A stretch of 64,000 bases of DNA, from NCBI GenBank assembly GCA_035288865.1, contig DATDZA010000017.1, positions 12,672 to 76,671 on the forward strand, written 5' to 3'. Below, piece after piece: positions 1-9,427 of the stretch. The position numbers and the translations under genes are program-made. Numbering within the stretch: position 1 is the first letter of the stretch; each line of letters opens with the position of its first letter. The notes under the pieces were generated by a model that searched no databases, was not told the DNA's origin, and worked only from the letters and a program-made list of their open reading frames with translations. The stretch is from Candidatus Nanoarchaeia archaeon (GTDB taxonomy: Archaea > Nanobdellota > Nanobdellia > Woesearchaeales > GW2011-AR4).

Positions 1-208
1 CCATGTCATCTCTTAACACCGTATCCCATTTTTTGAACCATTCTAATTTTCCCGCCCTTTCCGCCCAGAATTTTGTAGGGTTTTCAATTGATTTTTTGTA
101 TAAGGCAGAATACTCCTTCATGCTTTTGATATGAGATTTTCTAGAATACTCCTCGTGAGGATAAAATACCCTTTTTTCTTTTAAGATAGAATCTATGAAT
201 TCAGACAT
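1..208 (-). CDS. acs: Acetyl-CoA synthetase (AMP-forming), N-terminus; partial, runs off the window edge
   Basis: Manual translation from ATG at 208: MSEFIDSILKEKRVFYP...YKKSIENPTKFWAERAGKLEWFKKWDTVL, the typical ACS N-terminal motif (Y..Si..P..FW...A..L.Wfk.wd.vl). Not in the ORF track. Confidence 0.85.
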   Translation of the reverse strand, partial: MSEFIDSILKEKRVFYPHEEYSRKSHIKSMKEYSALYKKSIENPTKFWAERAGKLEWFKKWDTVLRDDM

Positions 209-303
209 GATTTGCCTCTTTTTTTGATTTAATTAATGATGTTGTTTTTAAAACTTTTGAAAAATAATTTTTTGAAATTCTGCACTTGATATTTCACTTG
301 ATT

Positions 304-370
304 GGATGGGTGGCAATTAGCTAAACTTTTTATGTAATAATAAAATTTTTCCCTCCATTAAGGAATTATC
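304..370. repeat. Bipartite ~70-bp intergenic element, copy A
   Basis: TGGGTGG at 307-313, 35 nt, then TTCCCTCCATTAAGGAATTAT from 349; same layout at 24591, 58608 and 61653. Confidence 0.75.
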
Positions 371-398
371 TCTTTCTTTATATTTTTAGATTATTTTT

Positions 399-1463
399 TC
401 AATAACTCATCTTAAACCTTAAAATAGCCCCAATTCCCCCCAATCCGTCGAGCTTGTTTCCGCCTTCGTGCTCGGAGCTTATTATCTCAACATCTCCTTT
501 TGTCTTGTCAACCGTCTTCATAATATTTTCAACTCTTTTATAAAAATTCTCCAGTCGGGATTTTTGAATTAGTGAATCAGTAACCAATAAATCCCTGATT
601 GCGCCCATTGCAGCAGCATTCTCAACTTCTTTAAGCCCGTAAGCAAATAAATTATTTTTTGCAATTTCTGTAAATAATTCTTCAACCTTATTCATTTCCT
701 TTGCTGTTCTTTCCAGCTTCAAAGCTTCTCGGACTTCAGGGCGCTTGATTACTTCATCAATCCCATTTTTGGTTGCTGAGGAACAAGTCGCCAGAATTAT
801 TTTTTGCTTTAAATCATCACCTTTTAGCTCTTTCATCAAATCTTCTTTCCAAAATGAAGGGGATGCTAATATAACTTGTTTTATTTCATACCTTTCAACA
901 TATTCTTTCATTTTGTTTATCAAACTCAGATAAAAATTTTCTTTTTTAATATTCTCAGTTCTCTTTTTCTGCACTTCGCCTTCAATATGGGATAAAATTT
1001 CATATCCATATTTCTTAAACAAAGCAAAATAAGATTCTTCGCGGTCATGCACAACTATCAATATAGCAGATTTTGTTTCAGAACTGGCTTCTTTTAATTT
1101 ATCCAGTTGATACTTCAGCCATTCTTCTTTTATAATTGTAATTGTTGTATTTTCATCAACATTAAATGTGTGATGCTCCCCTCTTGGAACATCTTCAGGG
1201 GCTTCTTTTATAATTCCAGAAACGCGGAGAACATTGGAATGCTTACCGAATTCAACACTTTCAACTTCCAGCTTGACAAAAATAGACTTTTTTACGGCAT
1301 CTTTTGATTTTGCATCGCCGCTTGAAGACTTAATCTTCCTGAAAGTCTTGCCCTGAACGATATCTCCTGGATCAATCATATTACTCAAATACCACAAATC
1401 ATCCAGATTCTGCGTAAGCACTTTTACTTCACCTTTTTTAAGATTGGAATGCAGTAATTTCAT
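399..1463 (-). CDS. pelA: Pelota/Dom34 mRNA surveillance protein
   Basis: DDLWYLSNMIDPGD, RVSGII, G.HHT, C-terminal GLGGIGAILRF (eRF1-like domains). Start moved to MKLLH at 1463. Confidence 0.95.
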   Translation of the reverse strand: MKLLHSNLKKGEVKVLTQNLDDLWYLSNMIDPGDIVQGKTFRKIKSSSGDAKSKDAVKKSIFVKLEVESVEFGKHSNVLRVSGIIKEAPEDVPRGEHHTFNVDENTTITIIKEEWLKYQLDKLKEASSETKSAILIVVHDREESYFALFKKYGYEILSHIEGEVQKKRTENIKKENFYLSLINKMKEYVERYEIKQVILASPSFWKEDLMKELKGDDLKQKIILATCSSATKNGIDEVIKRPEVREALKLERTAKEMNKVEELFTEIAKNNLFAYGLKEVENAAAMGAIRDLLVTDSLIQKSRLENFYKRVENIMKTVDKTKGDVEIISSEHEGGNKLDGLGGIGAILRFKMSY

Positions 1464-1518
1464 TATGATAACTAAAATCAAAACCTTTAAATATGTTTAT
1501 GTTAAATTCTTTACTACA

Positions 1519-2691
1519 ATGTTGCAAAAGAGGGCTCAAGGTGGTGTGAATGCCGCTATTCTGGTGGCTATCATTGCAGGCCTGATTATTCTTTACATTA
1601 TTTTCCTCCCAACGTCGCAAAGAGAAGCACTTCTTCAGAATAAAACAGCCGAATCAGAATCAGGAGAAGATAATCCAAACGTGCTCTTGGATGTGTCTCC
1701 GGGCTCTTTAAGCAATAACCAGGGCCTTGAAAATCAGAAGAGTATTCCGGATGCATTTTTGGTTGAGACAACAAACGCGCAGGAGCTGAAAGCAGTAAAC
1801 CCGTTCATCGTAAGAAACGGATGGTTTGACACAAAAACATACAAAACTGATTTTGGCATTGACGATCCAGCAAACACAGACAATGTAATCTTGTCATTCA
1901 CAGCAAAAAAACACACAGGCGTTATCACAATAAAGCTCAACAGCGTAGTGATTTATGAAAATGAAATTGGAAACGAAAACATTGAGCCGGTTAAGCTCGA
2001 CAAAAGGACACTTTCCAAAACAAATACCCTTGAATTCAGCGTTTCATCTGTGGGGATAAGATTCTGGTCAACAAATGAATACAGTTTTGAGAATGTTAAA
2101 ATTATTGGAGACATTACTGACACTTCACGGCAGCAAAGCACGAATATTTTTACGATAACCGATTCAGAGTTTGCAAGCATGGATAAGGCAGCACTGAAGT
2201 TCGTTCCGTCCTGCGGAAGCGTCAGCAATGTTGGCATTCTGGATATTTTTGTAAACAACAAGAAATTATTTTCATCTGTCCCTAAGTGTGACGACTTGTA
2301 CAAGCAAAGCATCCCTAAAAGTGTTTTGAATGAAGGCGAGAACAACATTGTTTTCAAAACAAATAAAGGAAGCTACAGCGTCGAGCAAATCAAGATTTCG
2401 CTCGAATTCGGCCAGCCGACAGTGCGGACATATTATTTTGAAATCAATCAAGACGTCTTTGACAGAATTAGAAACGGCGACAGCGATCTCCAGTTAGCTG
2501 TCAAATTTGTTGATGATGGAAAGCAGAAAAGAGCCAGACTGGATGTTAATGGCCACATCGAAACTATTGATACTAGTAAATTAACTTTCACAGAAAAAAT
2601 TAATACTAAAATTTCAGAAGGAAACAATTACATTAGGTTAGACCCGATAGATGATGTTTCAATCGTTGAATTGAAGATTGAATTAGTTTAA
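1519..2691 (+). CDS. Secreted beta-rich protein with a class III (pilin-like) signal peptide
   Basis: MLQKRAQ followed by a hydrophobic helix GGVNAAILVAIIAGLIILYIIF, then repeated beta-sandwich-like segments. TATA (CCTTTAAATA) about 25 nt upstream of ATG 1519. Confidence 0.65.
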   Translation: MLQKRAQGGVNAAILVAIIAGLIILYIIFLPTSQREALLQNKTAESESGEDNPNVLLDVSPGSLSNNQGLENQKSIPDAFLVETTNAQELKAVNPFIVRNGWFDTKTYKTDFGIDDPANTDNVILSFTAKKHTGVITIKLNSVVIYENEIGNENIEPVKLDKRTLSKTNTLEFSVSSVGIRFWSTNEYSFENVKIIGDITDTSRQQSTNIFTITDSEFASMDKAALKFVPSCGSVSNVGILDIFVNNKKLFSSVPKCDDLYKQSIPKSVLNEGENNIVFKTNKGSYSVEQIKISLEFGQPTVRTYYFEINQDVFDRIRNGDSDLQLAVKFVDDGKQKRARLDVNGHIETIDTSKLTFTEKINTKISEGNNYIRLDPIDDVSIVELKIELV

Positions 2692-2749
2692 CCTTATAAT
2701 AATCTTATCATATAATTTAAAAAGGAGAGGTGGCTTGGGAAGAATTCTA

Positions 2750-2843
2750 TAGAGAATTTTGGAAAATTATCAAATTGTCAAAATTCTCTAAGAAAACTTT
2801 GAATCAAATATATAAAACTTGAATGATTATTCAAAGTTTTCTA
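2750..2843. repeat. REP-like tandem hairpin element (short + long unit)
   Basis: TAGAGAATTTTG..CAAAATTCTCTA (2750-2790) followed by AGAAAACTTTGAAT..ATTCAAAGTTTTCT (2791-2842); homologous units at 8227, 13338 and 27884. Confidence 0.75.
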
Positions 2844-2867
2844 TAGTTTGGTATCCAAAAAACTAAA

Positions 2868-5800
2868 ATGGGGATATGGGACAGTTTTAAAAGAGGATTT
2901 AGAAAGGGAAAGGCAGGCAGTGCAAATAATGCTGCAGCAAATAATCAGCAAGCTGCATCCAATCAACAAAATGATAATTCTATGGATAACCAAAACTCAC
3001 AAAGAAGTGTACCCACTTACATTACCAACGTTATAAAAGGACCATCAAAAGGTTACCTATGGCTCATAATCCTACTTTTTGTTATTGTAATTGGAATACT
3101 TTGGTATAAGAGTGCGCTAAGGCCAGTATTAATCTGGCTGTTGACTTATGGTGGACTTATGGCACTTTGTGGATTTATTTTATGGGGACTTCTAGATGGA
3201 ATAAAAGAATCAGCTCAGGGAAAACCTGACGGATTGACAAAATTATTCATTTCTTTGGCTTTAGTAATCTGGCTCGTTGACATGATACCTCCTAATTTTC
3301 CGGTAATAGGTAGATGGCTTGGTCAGCCATATGCTGGGTTTGAAATTTCATCCAGTGGATTATTGAATATTTCTTTGGTTCCAGTAATAACCTCTTCATT
3401 TATGTTTATATGGTTGTACATAAACATGGTTAAAAACATAGTCAAGCACGAATATGTTAGTTTTGGGCTCGGTTTTATCTCAATACTTATTATAAACAAT
3501 TTTATAAAAAGATTTTTTCCCACATCCGCAAATTGGGGTTTTAGTATTTATCTTCCAACTTGGCAAGGCATTTGGGCCATACTATATTATGTTGGGATAG
3601 CAGCTTTATTTGTTGGTTTAATTATACTCGCAATCTATTTTGATAGGAAAAAAAGTCAGGAATTTCCAGGATTCTTTTCTTATTTCTTTATGATAACAGT
3701 TTTTTCATTTTTCTGGATAAATAATGGGTGGCAGCAAAATCCAAGAGCAGTATTGCACGCAATTTTTATCATAGCCTTTGGTTTTGGTTATATTAAAACA
3801 CACGAAGAAAATCCAGTTGTATGGCATATACTGATTCCCTTATTGTTGATAGTGGATTTCTATGGCTACGGGTTATTATGGAATTTGGGATATCTTTGGG
3901 CTAAATTTATTCCCATCTTTATTGTATTTGTAATCTCATATTGCTATCACAAAACAAACAGTGGTTTCGCAATATTAACATTTATAGTTCTTGTTACTGT
4001 GATACTTATCTTAAGTCTGGACGTAACAGCTTATGCCGAATCTGGAGCATTTGATTACAAAGCACAAAGCGGTGGTGCCGATTTCACACAATTTTTTGGT
4101 ACGCTGAGCAAAAACACAAAACTCCTCATTGAAAGGCAATTAGTATTCGCAACAGGCGGATTATATAGAAGCCAGGTCGAATTAAATCAATATGCGCCGC
4201 TTGGAGTCTTCTTTAAGAATATTCGGGCAGCGCAGCCGAAATTCTATGATGACGAGCCTGTTACAATTTGGGCTACGATTAGCGCTAGAACTTTAAGCGA
4301 GCCGGTGAATGTAAGTTTTAAGTGTTATAGGAAGAGCGGCAACGAACGGATAGAAGAATTACAGAATCAGGCCTCACAGTCTGGCAAATTTGAAGTATCA
4401 ACTTACGAGGAAAGGGACGTCGAATGTAATTTTCAGCAGAGTCCGAACCTTAAAAAATTTGAAGTCGGCTCAAGCAATAATATAATTTTATCCTTAACTT
4501 ACAATTTTGCAACAAGCGCTTACCAAAAAATGTATTTCATTGATAGAGACAGATTGCGGGCGCTGACACGTGAAAATATAGACCCTTTGAAGCAATATGG
4601 AATTACCGACTTAAGCAGTTCGTCTTCACTTGATGATACAAGTAGTGGGCCCGCGGCAGTCTATACAAACGGGCCTGTTGAAGTTGCTACGCAGGTGCAA
4701 AAACTTGTTCCAGTTGATAAAGAGCCAACCGCAGTAGCATCGGTTCTGCTTGGCATACTTCTTCAAAACAGAAACCAGATTTCAGATAAGAATGGCCAGC
4801 CAATAGGCGAATGGGAAGGAAAAATAAACAAGATAAATCAATTGGCTGTAATACTTCCCCCCGGGATTACTATTCCTCATTTTGATCCTTCAAATCCGAA
4901 TAGCGTTAAAAACTGTAATCCTATAAATTTTAAGGAGTATAGTAAGACTGATTGTATATCAGAGTGTATAAACCTTGATGTTGAAGGGAAGAAGAAATGC
5001 GAAAATGAATGCACTTCGCTTTTCAGAGATGACAGCAGCGGCCGTGACACCTACACCGGATATCAGCTTGACGTGAGTCAAATTAGAAATAATACTGAGG
5101 TTAGGGACATCGACCGCTACAAGACTTTCACATGCAGATTAACAGTTTCAAAAGATGTGCTTGATAATACACCAATCACAACAAAATTCATCAGGATAAG
5201 GGCTAAATATGATTATCTAATCGAAAAATCCTACGATGTTGTTGTTGAAAAAGCGCCGATACCTTATGATGAGTATGGCCCGTCAGAAACCGGGTATACT
5301 CCATTTGGGGATGAGGGTACAGACCAAAGAAACGAACCAGATGTTGCCGCGACAGATACGGAAATTGATGCTTACCTAACCTATAAGAAATCTCCCTTGC
5401 AGGGCATAGGCCAATGCATGGAAAATGCTAAAAATAGAACAAAAGTTCCAACAGCAGTCATGGTAAGTGTTGCGTTGCTTGAAAGCAAGAAACCAAAAAC
5501 AACCGGCTTTGGCACTCTGTCAGACCTCGCAACACAATCAAAGAATTTGTTTGGTGTGAAATGTACTCCCAATTGGATTACAAAAAAATGTCCAACTCCT
5601 AACGAGGGTGATAAATGCTGCAGGACGTACGATAAATCCGACCTTGACAAAAAATATGAGCCAAATGCCCCGAATAATTATAGAATTTATGTAAGTCGAT
5701 GTGCTTCGGTAAATGATTTTGCCGACATTATAAGTAAAGAAAGTAGATATAGAAGTGCTATGGGTTCTACAAATGATCCAGAGACCATGATAACAAAAAT

Positions 5801-5909
5801 AGGGGCGGCAGGATACGCAAGCGATACTGAATGGGCCACTAAAATTAAATTAATGTATAGAGATTTACAGAAATACTTGTCCACGCGTTCAATAACTGCA
5901 CAAACATAA
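2868..5909 (+). CDS. Polytopic membrane protein with an extracellular domain and a C-terminal GH73 (glucosaminidase/FlgJ-like) peptidoglycan-hydrolase domain
   Basis: About 10-11 hydrophobic segments in aa ~55-390. The C-terminal ~170 aa contain VALLES (catalytic Glu), SKNLFGVK, YRIY.S..SV.DF..II....RY and AGYASD.EW..KI, matching the GH73 motif order (ES...NLFGIK...Y.S...D...GYATD). Confidence 0.8.
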   Translation: MGIWDSFKRGFRKGKAGSANNAAANNQQAASNQQNDNSMDNQNSQRSVPTYITNVIKGPSKGYLWLIILLFVIVIGILWYKSALRPVLIWLLTYGGLMALCGFILWGLLDGIKESAQGKPDGLTKLFISLALVIWLVDMIPPNFPVIGRWLGQPYAGFEISSSGLLNISLVPVITSSFMFIWLYINMVKNIVKHEYVSFGLGFISILIINNFIKRFFPTSANWGFSIYLPTWQGIWAILYYVGIAALFVGLIILAIYFDRKKSQEFPGFFSYFFMITVFSFFWINNGWQQNPRAVLHAIFIIAFGFGYIKTHEENPVVWHILIPLLLIVDFYGYGLLWNLGYLWAKFIPIFIVFVISYCYHKTNSGFAILTFIVLVTVILILSLDVTAYAESGAFDYKAQSGGADFTQFFGTLSKNTKLLIERQLVFATGGLYRSQVELNQYAPLGVFFKNIRAAQPKFYDDEPVTIWATISARTLSEPVNVSFKCYRKSGNERIEELQNQASQSGKFEVSTYEERDVECNFQQSPNLKKFEVGSSNNIILSLTYNFATSAYQKMYFIDRDRLRALTRENIDPLKQYGITDLSSSSSLDDTSSGPAAVYTNGPVEVATQVQKLVPVDKEPTAVASVLLGILLQNRNQISDKNGQPIGEWEGKINKINQLAVILPPGITIPHFDPSNPNSVKNCNPINFKEYSKTDCISECINLDVEGKKKCENECTSLFRDDSSGRDTYTGYQLDVSQIRNNTEVRDIDRYKTFTCRLTVSKDVLDNTPITTKFIRIRAKYDYLIEKSYDVVVEKAPIPYDEYGPSETGYTPFGDEGTDQRNEPDVAATDTEIDAYLTYKKSPLQGIGQCMENAKNRTKVPTAVMVSVALLESKKPKTTGFGTLSDLATQSKNLFGVKCTPNWITKKCPTPNEGDKCCRTYDKSDLDKKYEPNAPNNYRIYVSRCASVNDFADIISKESRYRSAMGSTNDPETMITKIGAAGYASDTEWATKIKLMYRDLQKYLSTRSITAQT

Positions 5910-5913
5910 GACA

Positions 5914-6984
5914 ATGATAACCAAAAATATTATTTTATTTTTATTATTATCCATGTTTTTGATAGGATGCAATGCAGCAACCGGCAATAATAATAAAAAT
6001 CAGGCAGTAACTTTTACAGGAACCGATGGAATCACGGCAGAATTTGCAGCAAGTGCACCCGCAAAAACAGTTTTTGAAAATAGCTATTTTCCAATTTTAA
6101 TAAGAATAAGAAATATGGGTGCTTATTCAATTCCAAAAGATCCTGCAAATACGCAAGGCCTGATTACTATAGGCAGAGAAAAAGATTATGTGCCGATTCT
6201 TGAAATTGAAGAGAACAGCAGGCTTGCAAAAAACAGCGGCCCAGGTGACAATGAAATGACATTTTTTGTTGATGGCAAAAGCCAGATTAACCCAAATGGC
6301 GATGAATTGGTTGCATCCCTGAAGGCAAAAACAAGCAATCTTGACGCGCAAAGTGAACGGCGAATTTCAACTATTACTGCAAATTTATGTTATCCCTACA
6401 AGACAGCTCTGAGCACCACAGTTTGTATTGATCCAGACATAGAAGGCCTCCGCCCAGGAAAAAAAGTTTGTAAAGTTGCTGCCCAACCATTTGCAAATGG
6501 GCAGGGTGCGCCATTGGCGATAGTGAAAATTGAATCATCAATGCTTCCAGATGTAGACAATAATGTGATAAAGCCACAATTCATTATTTATGTTGAGAAT
6601 AGAGGACACGGAAATCCTGTAAATTTGGCAGGTTTCAGGAATGCCTGCAGAAATGATTTTGATATTAATGACCCAATCAATAATCGATGGAATGTCGCCA
6701 GTTTAAGGGCGTTTACAGCCGACGGCACAGGAAAAGTGCAGCTTATTTGCTGTCCAAATAAATTAGGTTATTGTCCCGATAATGACAAGGATCCAGTCAA
6801 TGTGGACAACTTTGCTGGATTTATAAGATTGAAAGACAATAAAGATTTTATCAGATGCACTTTCAAAAATGGCATACCAAAAACCTTTGACGCCTACACA
6901 TCACCTCTTCAAATAGAAATTGATTATGGTTATGTGCAAACCATTTCAACAAACTTTATTATCCAAAAGCCGCTTAAATACTAG
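5914..6984 (+). CDS. Lipoprotein, paralog 1 of a Cys-containing surface family
   Basis: Lipobox-like LIGC; motifs LCYPYKT..VCIDPD, GAPLAIVKI, IEIDYGY. Confidence 0.7.
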   Translation: MITKNIILFLLLSMFLIGCNAATGNNNKNQAVTFTGTDGITAEFAASAPAKTVFENSYFPILIRIRNMGAYSIPKDPANTQGLITIGREKDYVPILEIEENSRLAKNSGPGDNEMTFFVDGKSQINPNGDELVASLKAKTSNLDAQSERRISTITANLCYPYKTALSTTVCIDPDIEGLRPGKKVCKVAAQPFANGQGAPLAIVKIESSMLPDVDNNVIKPQFIIYVENRGHGNPVNLAGFRNACRNDFDINDPINNRWNVASLRAFTADGTGKVQLICCPNKLGYCPDNDKDPVNVDNFAGFIRLKDNKDFIRCTFKNGIPKTFDAYTSPLQIEIDYGYVQTISTNFIIQKPLKY

Positions 6985-7080
6985 AATTAACAAATTTTGA
7001 ATAAATAAAATGAAAAATATTTTTTAATTTTAAAGGACATTTCGACACCTTTAAATAAAGAAAATATAACTTAGATTAAA

Positions 7081-8178
7081 ATGAAAAAATCCAAAAATTT
7101 TATTATTATTGCATTTTTATTAATTTTTGTCTTCTCAATTTCTGCATGCAGCAATAAATCTTCCGACACCACATCAAAAGAAGAAGTAAGGGTAGGAACA
7201 CAGGGTATTATTGCAAATTTCCTGCCAAACAACCCCCCCGATAAATTACACGCGGAATCTGACAGTGCAAGAAACCAATTTGATGTCGTTTTGGAACTTA
7301 GAAACCAGGGGGCTTATCCTCAGCCTGAAGACTCAGCTGGCGGCTTGGGTGGCCCAAAGGGACGACTATATTTAAGCGGCTATGATCCTTATATTATTAC
7401 TTTGACACCAAAAGCACCCAAGAACGGGCAATCAGCCACAGGCGCGGATTTAAATCAGTTGGCTCTTGATGGAAAAAGCACAATCAATCCCAACGGCGGC
7501 CAGGATATTCTGGCATTTCAGGGCAGTATAGATTATTCTAAACTTAAAGTGGATAAATACGATGTCATTTTGCTTGCAACCGCATGCTACCAGTATCAAA
7601 CTGTGGTCGGCCCCACAGTGTGCATAGACCCCGACCCCTACACAACAGTAAACCAAAAGAAAGTATGCCAGGTTAAAGATACGGTACTTTCAAGCCAGGG
7701 CGCTCCAGTCGCTATTACTAGTATTATCGAAGAGGCCTTTGACCAAAAAACTCAGTTTAAAATAACAATAAAGAACGTCGGCGGTGGAGAAATCATCAAG
7801 AAAGAATCATTGGATAAATGCGACCCTTACGGAAAAAGTACGACTGCTGCAGGCTCGTCAAGTTCTGGCAAGATTGAGAGGGATGATTTGGACAAGGTGT
7901 ATGTCGATTTTGTGAAAATGGCAGATCGTGCAATAACATGCGGCCCATTCGCCGATGGCACCGTAAAAGGAACAAGTGGAAATTTGAGAATGATTAACGG
8001 CGAGGGATTCATAATATGCGAATTGCAGAAATCAAAAAGTGAATATTCTCAGACAAACACTGCTTACACAACCCCAATGGTGATTCACTTAACCTATGGT
8101 TATAGGACTTCCGTAATGCGTACAATGCAGATAATAAGAGAACCATCAAGCACGGGATCGCCAACTTCCAATCCTTAA
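7081..8178 (+). CDS. Lipoprotein, paralog 2
   Basis: ISAC lipobox; ACYQYQT..VCIDPD, GAPVAITSI, LTYGY. Confidence 0.7.
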   Translation: MKKSKNFIIIAFLLIFVFSISACSNKSSDTTSKEEVRVGTQGIIANFLPNNPPDKLHAESDSARNQFDVVLELRNQGAYPQPEDSAGGLGGPKGRLYLSGYDPYIITLTPKAPKNGQSATGADLNQLALDGKSTINPNGGQDILAFQGSIDYSKLKVDKYDVILLATACYQYQTVVGPTVCIDPDPYTTVNQKKVCQVKDTVLSSQGAPVAITSIIEEAFDQKTQFKITIKNVGGGEIIKKESLDKCDPYGKSTTAAGSSSSGKIERDDLDKVYVDFVKMADRAITCGPFADGTVKGTSGNLRMINGEGFIICELQKSKSEYSQTNTAYTTPMVIHLTYGYRTSVMRTMQIIREPSSTGSPTSNP

Positions 8179-8226
8179 ACAGAAAACTTTATATACCTAC
8201 ATCAAAATAAAATCAATTAAATTTAA

Positions 8227-8277
8227 AGAGAACTTTGAATAAATCATTAAGTTTATATATTTCGTTTAAAGTTCTCT
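8227..8277. repeat. REP-like hairpin element (long unit)
   Basis: AGAGAACTTTGAAT..TTTAAAGTTCTCT; its loop aligns with the reverse complement of the 2791-2842 unit (AATCATT.AAGTTT.TATATATTT). Confidence 0.75.
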
Positions 8278-8334
8278 AAGGTAGTTTTAACAAAATTGAT
8301 ATATTTTAAAATTACCAATTGAAAAGAGGCAAAA

Positions 8335-9351
8335 ATGAGTAAACAAAATTATATTCTTGCATTCTTGGTCATATTAGTTCTTTTTGTTTCATCATGCAGT
8401 GGAAAGAGCGGTGCATCAACCGGCAGCGCCCCAAGAACGCCTTTTATCGGCGGCACAGCCGGAATTACGATCAATTTTGAAAAGGACACGCCTCCTCCTG
8501 AAGTTACCGACGATGACACGTTTGGATTCAGGGCGATTATAGATTTGAAGAATGAAGGTGAGTACAGTGTTCCACGAGACGCAGTTAAGGTAAATCTTGT
8601 TGGATTTGATCCGGCAGACTTCGGAAAGTCATTTGATGATTTAAGGGATGTGCTTCCAGATGACAACCTTGATGCGAAGAGGAGAGATGCCGAGGGCAAT
8701 ATTTTAGAGGGCACGACAACTTATGCGCAATTCCCGAGAAGCGGCGATGATTTCATTCCAACGAAATTCCCCGGCAACACACCATTTACTTTTAGGGCAG
8801 ATGTATGCTATAATTACCAGACTCAGGCCGACGCCCAGCTTTGCATATTAAGGGATATGATTAACATCAGGCAGGATGCAATATGCATACCGACCCAAGG
8901 CAGAACAGTTTATAGTTCATCAGCACCAGTTCAGGTTGTAAATTTCAGGCAGAGTGTTATAGGGAAAGACAAGATATCATTTACATTTGATGTTGTATTA
9001 AGCGGCAATGTTGATGTCTTCTGGAGCAGGGAAAAGAGAAAGCCGGTAACTTTTGATGACGGCTGCCCGAGAAACCCAACTGCAAGAAGGGCAGTTGAAA
9101 ACAATGTCGGGGTTACCATAACTGAAATTCCTACGGATCCTTTGTTCTCTGAATTGAAATGCGGCGGCTTAGACGGCGGCTCAACAGGAGTTGTCAGGAT
9201 GATAAATGGTAGGAGATCAATTACATGCACAGCCTCGATTGTTCAGGACAGGCTTGACTTGGAGAAGACAGTCGGCATTTTGCTCGAGTATAATGTTCTC
9301 GACAACAAAGAAACTCAGGTTCTTATCAAGCACCTTGCAGAAGGGCCTTAA
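8335..9351 (+). CDS. Lipoprotein, paralog 3
   Basis: VSSC lipobox; VCYNYQT..LCI, SAPVQVV, LLEYNV. Confidence 0.7.
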   Translation: MSKQNYILAFLVILVLFVSSCSGKSGASTGSAPRTPFIGGTAGITINFEKDTPPPEVTDDDTFGFRAIIDLKNEGEYSVPRDAVKVNLVGFDPADFGKSFDDLRDVLPDDNLDAKRRDAEGNILEGTTTYAQFPRSGDDFIPTKFPGNTPFTFRADVCYNYQTQADAQLCILRDMINIRQDAICIPTQGRTVYSSSAPVQVVNFRQSVIGKDKISFTFDVVLSGNVDVFWSREKRKPVTFDDGCPRNPTARRAVENNVGVTITEIPTDPLFSELKCGGLDGGSTGVVRMINGRRSITCTASIVQDRLDLEKTVGILLEYNVLDNKETQVLIKHLAEGP

Positions 9352-9427
9352 ATTTTAAGATTTTATTTTTTTAAATTTATTTTCTCAATTTGATTTTATT
9401 AAATTAGCTGAAATCGAAACCAATAAA

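Noticed and set aside
304-370. Interpretation of the 35-nt-spaced elements as CRISPR mini-arrays
   Set aside because: The flanks are not direct repeats, and the 35-nt cores are partly similar to each other, unlike independent spacers. No CRISPR array is supported in the window.
7043-7057. 15-mer CGACACCTTTAAATA repeated at 13440-13454
   Set aside because: Both copies sit about 25 nt upstream of start codons, and ACCTTTAAATA also occurs near 1483; this is ordinary BRE-TATA consensus.
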